Source: Octopus sinensis (Eukaryota). Taken from it: a DNA stretch of 64,000 nucleotides. The translations under genes were made by a program, and so were the position numbers. Each line of letters opens with the position of its first letter. Position 1 is the first letter of the stretch. The stretch covers positions 52,762,001-52,826,000 of the forward strand of contig NC_043013.1 of NCBI RefSeq assembly GCF_006345805.1, given 5' to 3'. The notes below the pieces were generated by a model that was given only the letters and a program-made list of their open reading frames with translations, was not told the origin of the DNA and ran no database searches. This document shows, one piece after another, positions 1 to 12,826 of the stretch.

Positions 1-54
1 GCCTGAATTTACCTGCCTCTTAATAACCTGCCCCTGAATTACCTACCCCATTTT

Positions 55-1325
55 ATAACCTGAAAACTTTTGCGATTTTAATGATCACTTGGATAAATAT
101 AAGCTTTTTATCAATCAGTTAACTTACATGAATTAGAGAACACTAAATTTTTTGTTGTTTTTCAAGTACACATATGCAATATTTTGACATTTTATAACCT
201 GAAAACTTTTGCGATTTAGTGATCACTGGATAAATATAAGCTTTTTATCAATCAGTTAACTTATATTTAGCTAAGAGATCACTAAAATTTTTGTTGTTTT
301 TCAAGTACATTGCAATATTTTGACATTTTATAACCTGAAAACTTTTGCGATTTTAGTGATCACTTGGATAAATATAAGCTTTTTATCAATCAGTTAACTT
401 ATATTTAGCTAAGAGATCACTAAATTTTTCTTGTTTTCAAGTACACATATGTAATATTTTGACATTATAATCTGAAAAATTTTGCGATTTTAGTGATCTC
501 TTGGATAAATATAAGCTTTTTATCAATCAGTTAACTTATATTTAGCTAAGAGATCACTAAATTTTTTGTTGTTTTTCAAGTAACATATGCAATATTTTGA
601 CATTTTATAACCTGAAAACTTTTACGATATTAGTGATCCTGGATAAATATAAGCTTTTAATCAATCAGTTAACTTATACTTAGCTAAGAGATCACTAATT
701 TTTTGTTGTTTTTCAAGTACACATATGCAAATTTTTGACATTTTATAACCTGAAAACTTTTGCGATTTTAGTGATCACTTGGATAAATATAAGCTTTTTA
801 TCAATCAGTTAACTTATATAGTAAGAATCACTAAATTTTTGTTGTTTTTCAAGTACACATATGCAACATTTTGACATTTCTAACCTGAAAACTTTTGCGA
901 TTTTAGTGATCTCTTGGATAAATATAAGCTTTTTATCAATCAGTTAACTTATATTAGCTAAGAGATCACTAAATTTTTTCTTGTTTTTCAAGTAACATAT
1001 GCAATATTTTGACATTTTCTAACCTGAAAACTTTTGCGATATTAGTGATCTCTTGGAAATATAAGCTTTTTATCAATCAGTTAACTTATATTTAGCTAAG
1101 AGATCACTAAATTTTTTGTTGTTTTTCAAGTACAACATTGCAATATTTGACATTTTATAACCTGAAAACTTTTGCGATTTTAGTAATCTCTTGGATAAAT
1201 ATAAGTTAATTATATTTACCTAAGGGATCACTAAATTTTTTGTTGTTTTCAAGTACACATCTGCAATATTTTGACATTTATAACCTGAAAAGTTTTGCGA
1301 TTTTAGTGGACCACTGGATAAATAA
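55..1325. repeat. Tandem satellite, ~135-140 bp monomer, ~9.3 copies, truncated by the gap
   Basis: The motif ATAACCTGAAAAC recurs at about 55, 194, 330, 467, 607, 745, 880, 1019, 1157 and 1280. Copies differ mostly by small indels. Confidence 0.95.
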
Positions 1326-1425
1326 NNNNNNNNNNNNNNNNNNNNNNNNNNNNNNNNNNNNNNNNNNNNNNNNNNNNNNNNNNNNNNNNNNNNNNNNNNN
1401 NNNNNNNNNNNNNNNNNNNNNNNNN
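1326..1425. other. Scaffold gap (100 N)
   Basis: Run of exactly 100 N, a typical fixed-size scaffolding gap. Confidence 0.99.
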
Positions 1426-1664
1426 AGAGAAACGTTGATACCCAGAGGCTAAAATATATATACAAGCTTGTATCTAAAGATACGCGTGGACTTGTGTTTG
1501 TAACTATGGTGATAAATGAAGATTTTGAAGAACTAATGGAAAAACTAATTTTATTAGAGATATATCTAGAAAATATAATCAGAAACCTCAATAAAAAGAG
1601 TCTGCGTGCTTTTAGCCACATTTATTTGAAATGAATATCATTATTGTTTAGGAAAAATATTGGT

Positions 1665-1869
1665 CTCAAATTTTGGAACAAGACCAGCGATTTAGAGGGA
1701 GGGGGCAAGTTGGTGACTCGAACCACCGTGTTTATCTGGTACTTATTTTATCGGTAGGAAGAAAGGTAATGTCGACCTGGGCAGAATTTGACCTCAGAAC
1801 TTACAGACGGACGTAATGTCGTTAAGTATTGTTCCCTGGTGTGCTAACGATTCTGCCAACTCGCCGCCA
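1665..1869 (-). mobile_element. tRNA-derived SINE family A, degenerate copy
   Basis: Reverse complement begins GGCGGCGAGTTGGCAGAATCGTTAGCAC and carries the GAGGTCAAATTC B-box-like and ...GATAAAATAAGTACCAG body shared with 5105-5336. Confidence 0.8.
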
Positions 1870-2157
1870 TCTTGTTTGGATTATTATTAACGCCTTTTAT
1901 TCCTTAATGTCATACTGTTTTGTACAATAAATTAAAATATTCAGTGTAAATGTACCGAGAGGGAAGAATTTCTGAAGAAACCCCTAAATTTCCAATAGTG
2001 AAAGAGCAGGGTCAAATGCCTTACGGTGAGGTAATTATAGAGGACGCATTGTAACCCTGTTATGGTACCAACCAATATTTTAAGCATGATATATAAGGGG
2101 TTAAAGTGCATAAAGTAACGCCAACAAGAAAACAACGTAATGATGAGTCTAACTTCA

Positions 2158-2356
2158 CAGCAATCCCTTGACTATCGCGGGTGTTCCGTTCCAAAACCCC
2201 CCATAGATATAATCAAAATCTAAACATATACCTATCGGCCACAGAAAGCCGGATCTACTGAAGAGTCCCCGATTTAAATTTGCATATATTAGCCAGAAAA
2301 ATCCGCGATGTTCTGAGTGCGCGATAGGTGGATCGCAATATGGCGAGGTATTACTG
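2158..2356. mobile_element. Tigger/pogo-like MITE
   Basis: Ends CAGCAATCCCTTG...CGAGGTATTACTG are imperfect TIRs of the CAGTAATCCCTCG type, followed by TA; ~200 bp, no ORF. Confidence 0.65.
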
Positions 2357-3569
2357 TAAACAGACATACATACTTTTGTACTGATTTTATTTATTAAACT
2401 ACAGCTATGCTCTTGCAGTGACTTTTGGTTTGTAGTAATGATACTAATACTGACTTCAGTCTGGGTCTTATTGTCTACCTGGTTTCTGAAATCTATATTG
2501 ACTTGTGTAATGCTAGTTATAGAGAAGAAATGTCCCTAAAATCATCTCATCTTTAAATCTTTAAAACCTTTAAAATGCTTCACCTTCAAAGTCGCAGTCA
2601 TGCTGGGACACCACCGTTGGCATATATTCATCTCAGTTGAATATTTTATAAAAATTACTGAATACATTCGGTAAAGTACTCCTCGATATACTATGTATAA
2701 AAGGTGAAAGTTGATATGGTCATAATCAGAATGCCATTGATACTAGTGTACACTAAACGATCATAAGCCGATTGTAAGAAGATTAGAGCCGACAGAAGTG
2801 ACAAATGAAAAATTACCGTCTGTTTTAATGGATATCAACATGTAGTGTATTCAATATGGCCGTTTAACGAGTCTTTTGTTGCTAGCCCGGGTATATAAGT
2901 TCTTGTCAACTCGAGTAAAAGAAATTATAAATAATTCCAACAGCTTTCTAGAACAGCGATTTAGGCTCCCAACTTCACTCCCGCTAGATTTAGATGTACA
3001 GTAAAAATCTCCAGTATCATAGTTGTTGATGAGGTGAGATAAGCGCTTTGGAAAGAAAGGAAGGACAATTTCGGCTTCAAAACAAATGGATGTCTCGCCG
3101 AAATAAATGTTCAGCAAGGATTTCTAGAAGTTTCGTCAGCTTAAAGAAGAAAAAACAAAATCGAGTTCAAACAAGAGGAGCTAGAAAACAAATATTTCTT
3201 GTTGGCTTAGGAAACATATTAAGTCAATCAGTTTATGCTTGTATATTTTGTCGGAAGGAGTGCTTGCTAGACAATTTACCTGAAACCTGAGTAAGATATA
3301 CTCCCATCAGCAACCACAATTAGAAGAGTAACACTGCAGACTCTCACTGGTATAGAAGGCTAATCGCTGTCATGTCGGTGAGGTAGTCTTTGATACAATC
3401 ACTTTGTTAAATTTGTAGTGTTATTATAACTGTGATGACCACGTGTATCATTTAGCTTTCTACAAGGAAGTTGTCACAACATCATGCATGCTCAAGAGTA
3501 AAAGATAACCCCACCAATTGGGAAAATAAACGAAGGGGGTTTGCTACAAAACAAATGGTAAAGGTGACC

Positions 3570-3795
3570 TTCTCGACTTATTCCAGAGTCGTAAGGTCCG
3601 GTTTCCAGGTTTCCGTGGCGTATAAAATCCCCACCTCGACGGGACGCCAGTCCGTCGCAGGATTACTCTTTTTGGCCAGCTTGAGCGGACTGGGGCAACG
3701 TGAAATGAAATGTTTTGCTCAAGAACACAACGTATCTCCTGCTCCAGGAACCGAAATCACTGTCTTACGATTATGAGTCCAGCACCCTGACCAAC
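3570..3795 (-). mobile_element. tRNA-derived SINE family C-like copy
   Basis: Reverse complement has a tRNA-like head (GGTCAGGGTGCTGGACTCATAATCGT...) and TTGTGTTCTTGAGCAAAACA, shared with 39495-39660. Confidence 0.7.
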
Positions 3796-5104
3796 ACACA
3801 AGTCTCCTCAAGTGGTCTTGTTATGTGGTCCTCAATCTCATAGCAACAATGTCCCGTTGTTATATCAGGATAAGATTCAATAAAAATATATGCTTCTCCC
3901 TTTCTACCAAAACGGCTTCTTACAGCAGGACGATGTCAATTCAGCTCAGAACAAGACTACATAAACCAATTCTCATACATTGAAAATAAGAACTGAGTAT
4001 TTCATTTAAGGTCTTTAAAATTTAAGGTTTCAGTGGGTTCGTTAGGGGGCGTGATGATTATGAATGGGAAGTTTAGCATCAGTTAACGGAAGGCTTGAAT
4101 AAGCACAATCAGAAGTTGTTTGAATTATAAATAAGATATATTAGAGTTATTATAAAAAGTTGTTTGAATTATAAATAAGAAGCGTTTATATCGAAAATGC
4201 ATATTCACTTAATGGGCGAGGAATAACATGGCCCAAATATTGCGTTATTCATCTCCCTCTTAAAATGTCATTTAATACATATTCCTTAAAGGCAGGGAGC
4301 TATTACGTACCCAAGTACTTAATTTGATATTTGGATATTCATCTTTGAGCTTCACACTGAAGATTAATAAATATGATGTGATAAAAAATACTGCTTGCTT
4401 TTGATAGGGGGATTATGGTGATCGAAAATACGTGAACAGTGAAACAAAACAAAAAAAACAGTTGTTCATCACAGTTCTCGATGATAAAAATTGTAACATT
4501 TCATTGTGCGAGTTCATTCGTTTATCATATCCTCACACCCAAATTTCATGTTTTCAGTAAGCTATGTTACAACCTACTTCGCGCTACCTCAGCTTTGGGT
4601 GTCTGTAACGAAGCTCAATCTGTCTCCCAATTGTGATTGCTTTACAGACGTTTCAAGCTGCTCAGAACGGCTTCATTAACCACCATAATATGAGAGTTTG
4701 TAAACAGTTTTTAACAATCCTTCACTTATAGTAAAGATTATTTGCCAACATAACATGGCAGCCCTGGTTTAGGACGAATGTTGCTGTAATTTAGCCCCAG
4801 AAGACATCGTCTCCAGCGGGCTATACGACACGTTATGTTGGCAAACAATTTTTACTACAAAAGTACTGTTGCTGAATATCTCTCGTTGTGAGATTTAAAA
4901 ATAGTAATTTTCCAATTCTTCTCTTAGCCTGGCTAATTAACTAAATGAATTCATTCCTCCGTCATCAAAGAATATTTGTCTAAAATCAGCTGACGGTTCA
5001 TATTTTGGAATTATCAAACGTAAACCTCAACGAATACCTTTGAGAACACTAGACACAAATCTTTGTCATCCCTAATAGTGGCTTTCAAAATGACCAGATG
5101 ACCT

Positions 5105-5336
5105 ATTTCTTTACCACCCACAAGGGGCTAAACACAGAGAGGACAAACAAGGACATACAAACGGATTAAGTCGATTATATCGACCCCAGTGCGTAACTGG
5201 TACTTATTTAATCGACCCCGAAAGGATGAAAGGCAAAGTCGACATTGGCGGAATTTGAACTCAGAACGTAACGGCAGACAAAATATCGCTAAGCATTTCG
5301 CCCGGCGTGCTACCGCTTCTGCCAGCTCGCCGCCCT
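5105..5336 (-). mobile_element. tRNA-derived SINE family A, full-length young copy with 16-bp TSD
   Basis: AATGACCAGATGACCT is duplicated at 5089-5104 and 5337-5352. Minus-strand head GGCGGCGAGCTGGCAGAAGCGGTAGCAC...GAGTTCAAATTCC. Confidence 0.9.
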
Positions 5337-5924
5337 AATGACCAGATGACCTGCTTACAGTCTAAATTATAGAAGGCATTCCGAGTGGATTTGCATTTAT
5401 CATCACCTAGAGAAGAAAATCAATGAATCCAATATGTAAATAAAATAAAATAAGGAAACACTTTGAAAATCAATGACAAAAGTCGATCAAATAATTCATG
5501 GGGCAACTTAGTTTATTTCTTTTAAAATATACTGTGGAATATTGAAAGACAAGAAGGAAATCATTTGGGATACATTACAGTAAAGTATTTCTCGAAGTAA
5601 CAATGCAACAGAGCTGAGAGCTATTAGCTTTAGACATTTGCCAAACATCTATTAACGTAGAGATAAAATTCTACGACGACAGAGAGAAGCCTTCCCACCA
5701 AGACGGAGTCTCAACATGATTGCTCTGTTCGTTAGAAAGAACAATCATATCTCCCTCAGAGAACATACCTAAATATTTTAATACAAAAGAAAACGCATTA
5801 AATAAAAAAAAGTTCTACAAAAACCTAAAAACTAAAAGAAAAAAGGAAAGTCTGATCACAACTGAATTTACATAATTCATAGGCCTGTTCAATTAGGCTG
5901 ACCTGGGGCTGAAAACAACAAACA

Positions 5925-5931
5925 CTACTAT

Positions 5932-6025
<94 letters not shown>

Positions 6026-6121
6026 TCTGCTGCTGCTGCAACTAATGCTACTATTGCTGCCGCAACTGCAACTACTACTACTACCACTACCACCACTAAT
6101 ACTACTGATGCTGCTGCTGCA

Positions 6122-6180
<59 letters not shown>

Positions 6181-6200
6181 AGTAGCAGCAGTAATGCCAA
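5925..6200. repeat. Compound (CTA)n/(CTG)n microsatellite
   Basis: Long CTA and CTG runs; source of the poly-Val/Ala ORF 5893-6306. Confidence 0.9.
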
Positions 6201-6679
6201 ATGCAACAGCGGCATCAACAATTGCAACAACAGCGACACGGTGCTTCTCTCTCTCATGTCGCAACAAAAAAGAAACCCGTGAAGGTATTTGGTTGAGAAA
6301 CCACAAAAGTCATTCTATATTCTGCTTATTGCTTCACATCCATAACTATAATATTTGCTGTACTTAATGACCCCAGCAGAAATATAATTTGGTAACCTTG
6401 AAGAATTTGTGTTGTGGAGCATGTGAACATATTGCTTCATTCATGATTGGTTTATTCCAATCAGCGAAGCGAAAATATTCAAAGAGATTTGTTATACGTA
6501 GGTAGGTACGTGACTTTTACACAAATAACTGTATAAAATCTTCCTGCCTGAATTCAAATGTTGGATCTCTGTTTTGTTAATAAGAGACCGGTTCTTCGTA
6601 TGTAGGAGGCATTCAAAGGATATAAACAGACCATACACAGGCACATTTATAACTACATCGAGTGTGTGCATTCATATAC

Positions 6680-6743
6680 ACACACACACACAAATATATA
6701 TATATATATATATACGCATGTGTGTGTGTAGTATGTGTGCGTG

Positions 6744-6788
<45 letters not shown>

Positions 6789-6977
6789 ATATGACTGTGC
6801 TTTTATGTATGTATGCATATATGTATGAGTGTATGTGTATATGTACACCTGTCTGTATATATATAATGTTATTTTATGTATCTGTTTATCGGGAAACGCA
6901 TAAGCATATTTGCATAATAGAATTGCCCACACAGATACACTCACACACACTCACATCCATCCATCCATCCACCCCCC

Positions 6978-7019
<42 letters not shown>

Positions 7020-7155
7020 CATATATATATACATATATATATACACATATTGCCATACGTATATTTGTATATATTATATATATGTTGTATATATATATAT
7101 ATTATATATATAATATATATATATATATATGTATATAATATATAAATGTTGTATC

Positions 7156-7193
<38 letters not shown>

Positions 7194-7257
7194 CTATATG
7201 CATTAATATATATTATATATTAGGTATATTATATATATGTATATATATGTATGTATA

Positions 7258-7300
<43 letters not shown>

Positions 7301-7674
7301 TACACACACATATATATATATACATGCATGTGTACGCATGCGTGTGTATGAATTATATAAAGCATAATAGCTTTCCGTTCCATTAAGTACTTTTATCGGT
7401 TAATCGAACTCAGTAATGTTTCTGCTAAAATAGATAAAATATCGGTAAAAGAGCTGAATATCCGGGGTTTTACTGGTTCCCATAGCATAACAATTAACGC
7501 CATAACTGTGTACAATTACCTCTGTAAACCATACGGATTGACAATGGCTGTAAAACAGGGAACAGGCCGATGGAGTTGTATAGCGAATGGCGATAATGAG
7601 AAGCGTTTTATTTACTGTGTCTTATCAAACATCATATGAATGTTTATAAGTTTCATTAGCTAGTGTTAGATATA

Positions 7675-7705
<31 letters not shown>

Positions 7706-8135
7706 AGTGTGTGCGTATGCTTTTACAATTATTATATACGTTCATACACACATATATAACTAACTTAGATACATACATATGTATGTATGCATCAGGTATG
7801 TGTATACAATTATAAATACATATAAACACATACACACACTCATAGACACACACACACACACACACTCATATATATATATACATATATACGTAAGTATATA
7901 TATATATATATATATATGTATACACACATATACGTCGAAACCGATAGGAGAGTTCATCATGCACATATATTTCTGCATACATACATACATACACACACAC
8001 GTATGTGTGTGTATACATGTGTGTGTGTGTGTGCATATATATATATATAACATATTAGATATATGTATATATATATATATACATATATATACATATACAT
8101 ATATAAATATATTACATATAACGTATATATGTGTA

Positions 8136-8215
<80 letters not shown>

Positions 8216-8217
8216 CG

Positions 8218-8271
<54 letters not shown>

Positions 8272-8280
8272 TATATTGCT
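6680..8280. repeat. Compound (TA)n/(CA)n/(TG)n microsatellite field with a unique insert at ~7370-7660
   Basis: Directly visible dinucleotide tracts; they give the YIYI/HTHT ORFs. Confidence 0.9.
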
Positions 8281-8498
8281 GGTGGCTAGTTATTTGAATA
8301 CACCAGAGAACGTCTACAACAAGTGACAAGAGCAAAAGAGACAGACATTTTATTAGCTGAAGAGGGAGAAAACAAAAAAGCTTGTTTTGAATACCGTTTT
8401 TTGCTGCCTGGGTTGTTTTGTTCCTAAATTTCTAATTTTCGTATTCAGCAATATAAATAGAAGTTTAAAAAACTCCACCAAAAAAACAGATCTCTCTC

Positions 8499-8544
<46 letters not shown>

Positions 8545-8984
8545 TGTGTCTCTCTGTCTCTCTGTCTCTCATATATATATATATTCCTTTCTTTTTTGTA
8601 CTGCCGCATAGCTCTGCGTGTAATAGGTGCATAGAGTCTTGTGATGGTCGTGAACAAACAGCCAGCATATTATAATGGAATTTCTTTCTTTTCTGAAGCA
8701 AGTGTCTATACAAGTACTTTTTCGTTGAGGTGACAATGGAGCAGATGGACATTATTCTTGTTGTTGTATTGCCGCTGCTGCTGCTGCTGCTTCTGGTGTT
8801 GCTGTTTTTTAGTTCTGGGTTAACTTGACTGACCGGAACTATTGAAAAACCATTTCAGTCCTATTTTCTGATCGTTTTAGACTTAAAGCTACATTTTCTT
8901 ATGAGTCTTTTTCCGTATTTAAGTAATTACGGGTCATTATTCGAGAGATATTTGTCTGCTCTTTATAGGAAATGGACCGACCTC

Positions 8985-9200
8985 AAAAACATTCATGGTT
9001 GTGACATGAACTGGCAGAACCGTTAGCACGCTGGGCAAAATGCCTAGATATGAATTCAAATTTACGTCCTGAGTTCAAATTCCGCTGAGGTTGCTTTGAC
9101 TTTCATCAGTTTGGTGTTGATAAAATTAGTGCCATTTGAGTACTGTGGTCAACTTATCCCTTCCCCCGAAATTGCTGAGTGTGTGTATGACAAAAGTATA
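8985..9200 (+). mobile_element. SINE family A copy
   Basis: GAACTGGCAGAACCGTTAGCAC...GAGTTCAAATTCCGCTGAGGTTG...TTTCATC...GATAAAATTAGTGCCA. Confidence 0.75.
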
Positions 9201-9439
9201 ATCTTTTGTATGTTAATTTCTGAGTGTAATTCCGAATAAGTACAAGACTTCAAAAATATTAAGTACGGGGGTGGACTGTTTCTATTAAAGCACTTCGAAG
9301 TGGTGCCCCACCATGGCCCCAGTCTAATCACGGAAATAAAAAAGAGAATGATGAAAGACAATCCATTATGGACAATTGAAATGTACGTAACCCGTATTTT
9401 GTCCGGAGTGCGAACGAATCTGCCAGATGAACTTTTGTA

Positions 9440-9833
9440 TATAATCCTTTCTACTATAGGTACAAGGCCTGGAATTTGGAGAAGAAGGTGGGCTTATCGA
9501 TGACATCGATCCCAGGGCTACACTGGTACTGAATTTATCGACCCCGAAAGGATGAAAGACAAACTCGACCTCGGCAGATTTTGAACTCAGAACGTAGCGA
9601 CGGGCGAAATACCTATTTCTTTACTACCCACTCAGAGAGGATAAACAAGGACAGACAAACGGATTAAGTCGATTATATCGACCCCAGTGCGTAACTGGTA
9701 CTTATTTAATCGACCCTGAAAGGATGAAAAGCAAAGTCGACCACGGCGGAATTTGAACACAGAACGTAGCGGCAGACGAAATAGCGCTAAGGATTTTGTC
9801 CTGCGCGCAAACGATTCTTCCACTTTGCTGCCT
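9440..9833 (-). mobile_element. Two adjacent SINE family A copies (about 9440-9610 and 9611-9833)
   Basis: Both carry ATCGACCC(C/T)GAAAGGATGAAAG...AAGTCGACC/ACTCGACC...AATTTGAAC; the second matches 5105-5336 along its length. Confidence 0.85.
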
Positions 9834-10079
9834 TATTATCGTATATGACAACACATTCTAAGTAATGATTGGCAATAAACACATTTCGATTGTGCTTTAG
9901 GCTGCTAGAGGAAAATAAAATACCTTCTTTTTGGGGTTTTAAGAAAATCCTCCAAAATTAGAAGCACTTTAATTAAAGATGGTATTAGCTTTATTAGGAC
10001 AATATTCCAATCAGGAATAGAATGTTGGTGCAAGTGGTGTCGCTGCAGTTACAGTAATTAGATCTAGGAGGTTTATCTT

Positions 10080-10328
10080 TTATGTTTTGCTTGTTTCAGT
10101 CATTAGTGTGGACTATGCTGGGGCAGCATCACATTAAAGATCTTCTGTGAATAGACCCTAGAACTTATCCGTCTTGTGCTTATTCTATCGGTCTTCTTAG
10201 TCGAACTGCTAAGCTACAGAGACATAGAGAAATAGCACCGATTGTGAAATGGACTACAAACACACACACACACACACTAAAACACACACACATACACACG
10301 TGCACTATATATATATATATAAAACACA

Positions 10329-10379
<51 letters not shown>

Positions 10380-10522
10380 GACGTGCTTCTTTCAATTTCC
10401 AACTCACAAGGCTTTGGTCACTACGTGTCTATAGTAAAAGACACTTGTCCAAGGTGCCGTACATTATGAGTGAACCCAGAACCATGCGGTTGGGAAGCAA
10501 ACGTCTTACCATGCAGCCAGCC
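10080..10522 (-). mobile_element. SINE family B (head 10378-10522, internal microsatellite, tail 10080-10255)
   Basis: Reverse complement of the two-part element at 10900-11535. Confidence 0.7.
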
Positions 10523-10899
10523 TCAGGCTATGGTCTATTAATTATTACAAAAAGTAAATGTAAACACGTGCCGAATACTCTTTGTATAAACTAAATACTT
10601 GGTCCACCCCTATACTTAAATATTTAGTTTCAAACAATGAAAAGGCGGTCTCAAAGTCACCATTTTCCTAGGAATAAAAGTTTTTAAGCTTTTCTCTTCA
10701 AATACATTTCAAGAGGATCATTTTACGGAAATTTTGTGGCAAAATCACTGCTTTTGTTACTAATGGGTTGTGTGAGGGCCAGGGATAATTTTTGTTCCAA
10801 ACGGGCCATTTGAAGATATTTGGTGTGGAATATATTCAACGTGAGTAGTGGTACATCTGTCAGGAGGATGAGATGCTGTTTGGTATGATCTGTGTGTGC

Positions 10900-11535
10900 T
10901 TGTGGCTGTGTGGTAAGTAGACTGCTTACCAACCACATGGTTTCGGGTTCAGTCCCACTGCATGGCAACTTGGGCCAGTGTCTTCTACTATAGCCTCGGG
11001 CGACCAAAGCCTTGTGAGTGGATTTGGTAGATGGGAACTGAAATAAGGCCGTCGTATATATATATATATATATATATACTTAAACATATCAAAGGGAAAT
11101 GGAAAATTAATTAAAATTTTCACTTCCAGTGGTCTAACGTGTTAAAATTTTGTCCCAAAAGACTATGAATTAGTCATAATATATAGTGTACACCCGTGGA
11201 ATCCACTCGTGGAATTCAACACGCTAGAAAGAAGAGCTAGCTGTTATTTCTAGCGTGTTGAATTCCACGGGTGGATCCCTTTTGTGTTTAAATGTACACT
11301 ATATATTACATATATATTTGTGTGTATGTTTTGTCTGTGTTTGTTCCCCACCATCGATTGACAACAGATGCTAGTGTGCTTCTGTCCCCGTAACGTAGTG
11401 GTCCGACAAAAGATACAGATAGAATAAGTACGAGGCTTACAAATAATAAGTCCTGGGGTCTATTTGTTCGACTGAAGGCGGTGCTCCAGCATGGCCTCAG
11501 TGAAATGACTGAAACAAAGGAAAGAATAAAAGAAT
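10900..11535 (+). mobile_element. SINE family B: tRNA-like head 10900-11055, internal TA tract with nested insertions, 3' half 11320-11535
   Basis: Head GTGGCTGTGTGGTAAGTAG...GGTTCAGTCCCACTG; tail ...AATAAGTCCTGGGGTC...GGCGGTGCTCCAGCATGG...AAAAGAATAAAAGAA. Both parts recur at 32748-33135. Confidence 0.8.
11178..11307. repeat. Nested inverted repeat (MITE-like foldback)
   Basis: 15-bp outer IR at 11178-11192/11293-11307; 30-bp inner IR at 11201-11230/11247-11276 with one mismatch. Confidence 0.85.
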
Positions 11536-11812
11536 TGTTGTATCGGTTGTTGTATAGGTTATGCGTTGTGCAAAACGAATTCGATTATTCAGTTTTAATT
11601 GTTTGAAACTCGCGGCTTGTGTGAGTTCCTGATGTTGAGCGTCGGTTACGAATAGCCTGAGAGTGCGTGACATGTTATCGTATAAAATGTTGATGTACGA
11701 ATATATTTTTTGTGGCTTTATTGTTTACTGATGATTCTGTAGAAGAGGTTTTACGTGATCTGTGTTATTTTATTGGATTCAGATCGTATGAAACGTGTGT
11801 TCTATTATTTCA

Positions 11813-12452
11813 CTAGCAGTATCGCCCGGCGTTGCTCGGGTTTGTAAGGGAAATAACTATATAAGCATTTTAGAGAGTTATAGCCAAAAAATAGCAAAAA
11901 ATGCATTAAAAATGGAAAAAATATGATGGTAAATTTTTTTTTAAATCGTTGACTCATCGTAGACATTTTTAGAGAGTTACTTCCCTTATATAATAGCGAA
12001 AAAATGCATTATTAAAATGGAAAAAAAACGATGGTAAATTTTTTTTTAAAATCGTAGACTCACGTAGACGCTTTCTTAGCCATTTCTGTTTTGGTGTCTT
12101 CAAGCCATGAAGTCGTTGTTCTAAAAGAACACTGGTCTCCTTGACAACGCATTACGGCGTTGATTTCCTTACACTCCCTTCCCCACAGGTGCAGGTGTGA
12201 GCGTGGACGCCAACTCCGCCGCCATCGACACACGAAAAATTATGCATTAAAATGGAATAAAAAATGATGTTAAATTATTTTTAAAATCGTAGACTCATCG
12301 TAGACGCGCGCTAATACATAGACGGGCTCGATATCAATCACGACTATAAGCTACCCGAATTTGGTTAAACTGTACCGCAAAATGTGGGAGTAGTTAGGAA
12401 TCTAAATCGAAGGGGACAGACACTCACACAACTACAGTTTTATATATATAGA
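11813..12452 (-). mobile_element. Non-autonomous Helitron
   Basis: Minus strand reads A|TCTATATATATAAAA...CCCGAGCAACGCCGGG hairpin, 8 nt, CTAG|T: 5'-TC, 3' hairpin plus CTAG, inserted between A and T. Second copy at 30743-31263. Confidence 0.85.
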
Positions 12453-12504
12453 TATACATAGCGCAGTAGTGGTGAGATATGACAGCAAAGAAAAGCATAC
12501 ATTC

Positions 12505-12826
12505 ACTCTCTGCATGCAATTAGACTCGGAAAGTTCGTGAGGAACCCATTGACCCAATTTGCTGACTTTTCCGATAGCACCCAGGTGTCAATGAATGGTT
12601 GAATGACCAAATCCAAGCTCTCTGCTAGTTCCTCAACAGTTACGATGATATTTTGTTCCACCAGGGTTTTCAGGATGTCCTTGTCGAGTTCTACAGATCT
12701 TTCAGGATGAGGCTCGTCTTCTAGGCTGTAGTTTATGGCTCGGGATTTCTGGAACCACCATTGACACTGCCTTACGCTTATTGTCCAATCCCCATATACT
12801 GCATTAATATTTCTTGTACTTTGCAC
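12505..12826 (-). pseudogene. Mariner (Tc1/mariner) transposase N-terminal HTH fragment
   Basis: STRNINAVYGDWTISVRQCQWWFQK...SLEDEPHPERSVELDKDILKTLVEQN...TVEELAE follows the mariner HTH/linker pattern; frameshifted before the WVP motif. Confidence 0.85.

Noticed and set aside
55-1325. CRISPR-like array or HHR satellite
   Set aside because: Units are wholly repeated with no unique spacers and the context is eukaryotic. No CUGANGA...GAAA core with helices on either strand.
2851-3290. 88-aa minus ORF and a faint hAT-transposase-like plus-strand stretch (ALWKERKDNF...KIEFKQEELEN)
   Set aside because: No diagnostic motif and multiple stops; similarity too weak to call without a profile search.
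11728-11802. Possible HHR: CUGAUGA...GAUCUG/CAGAUC...GAAAC-GUGU-GUU
   Set aside because: Helix II does not start next to the core and helix I does not pair. At best a decayed relic cut by the Helitron.
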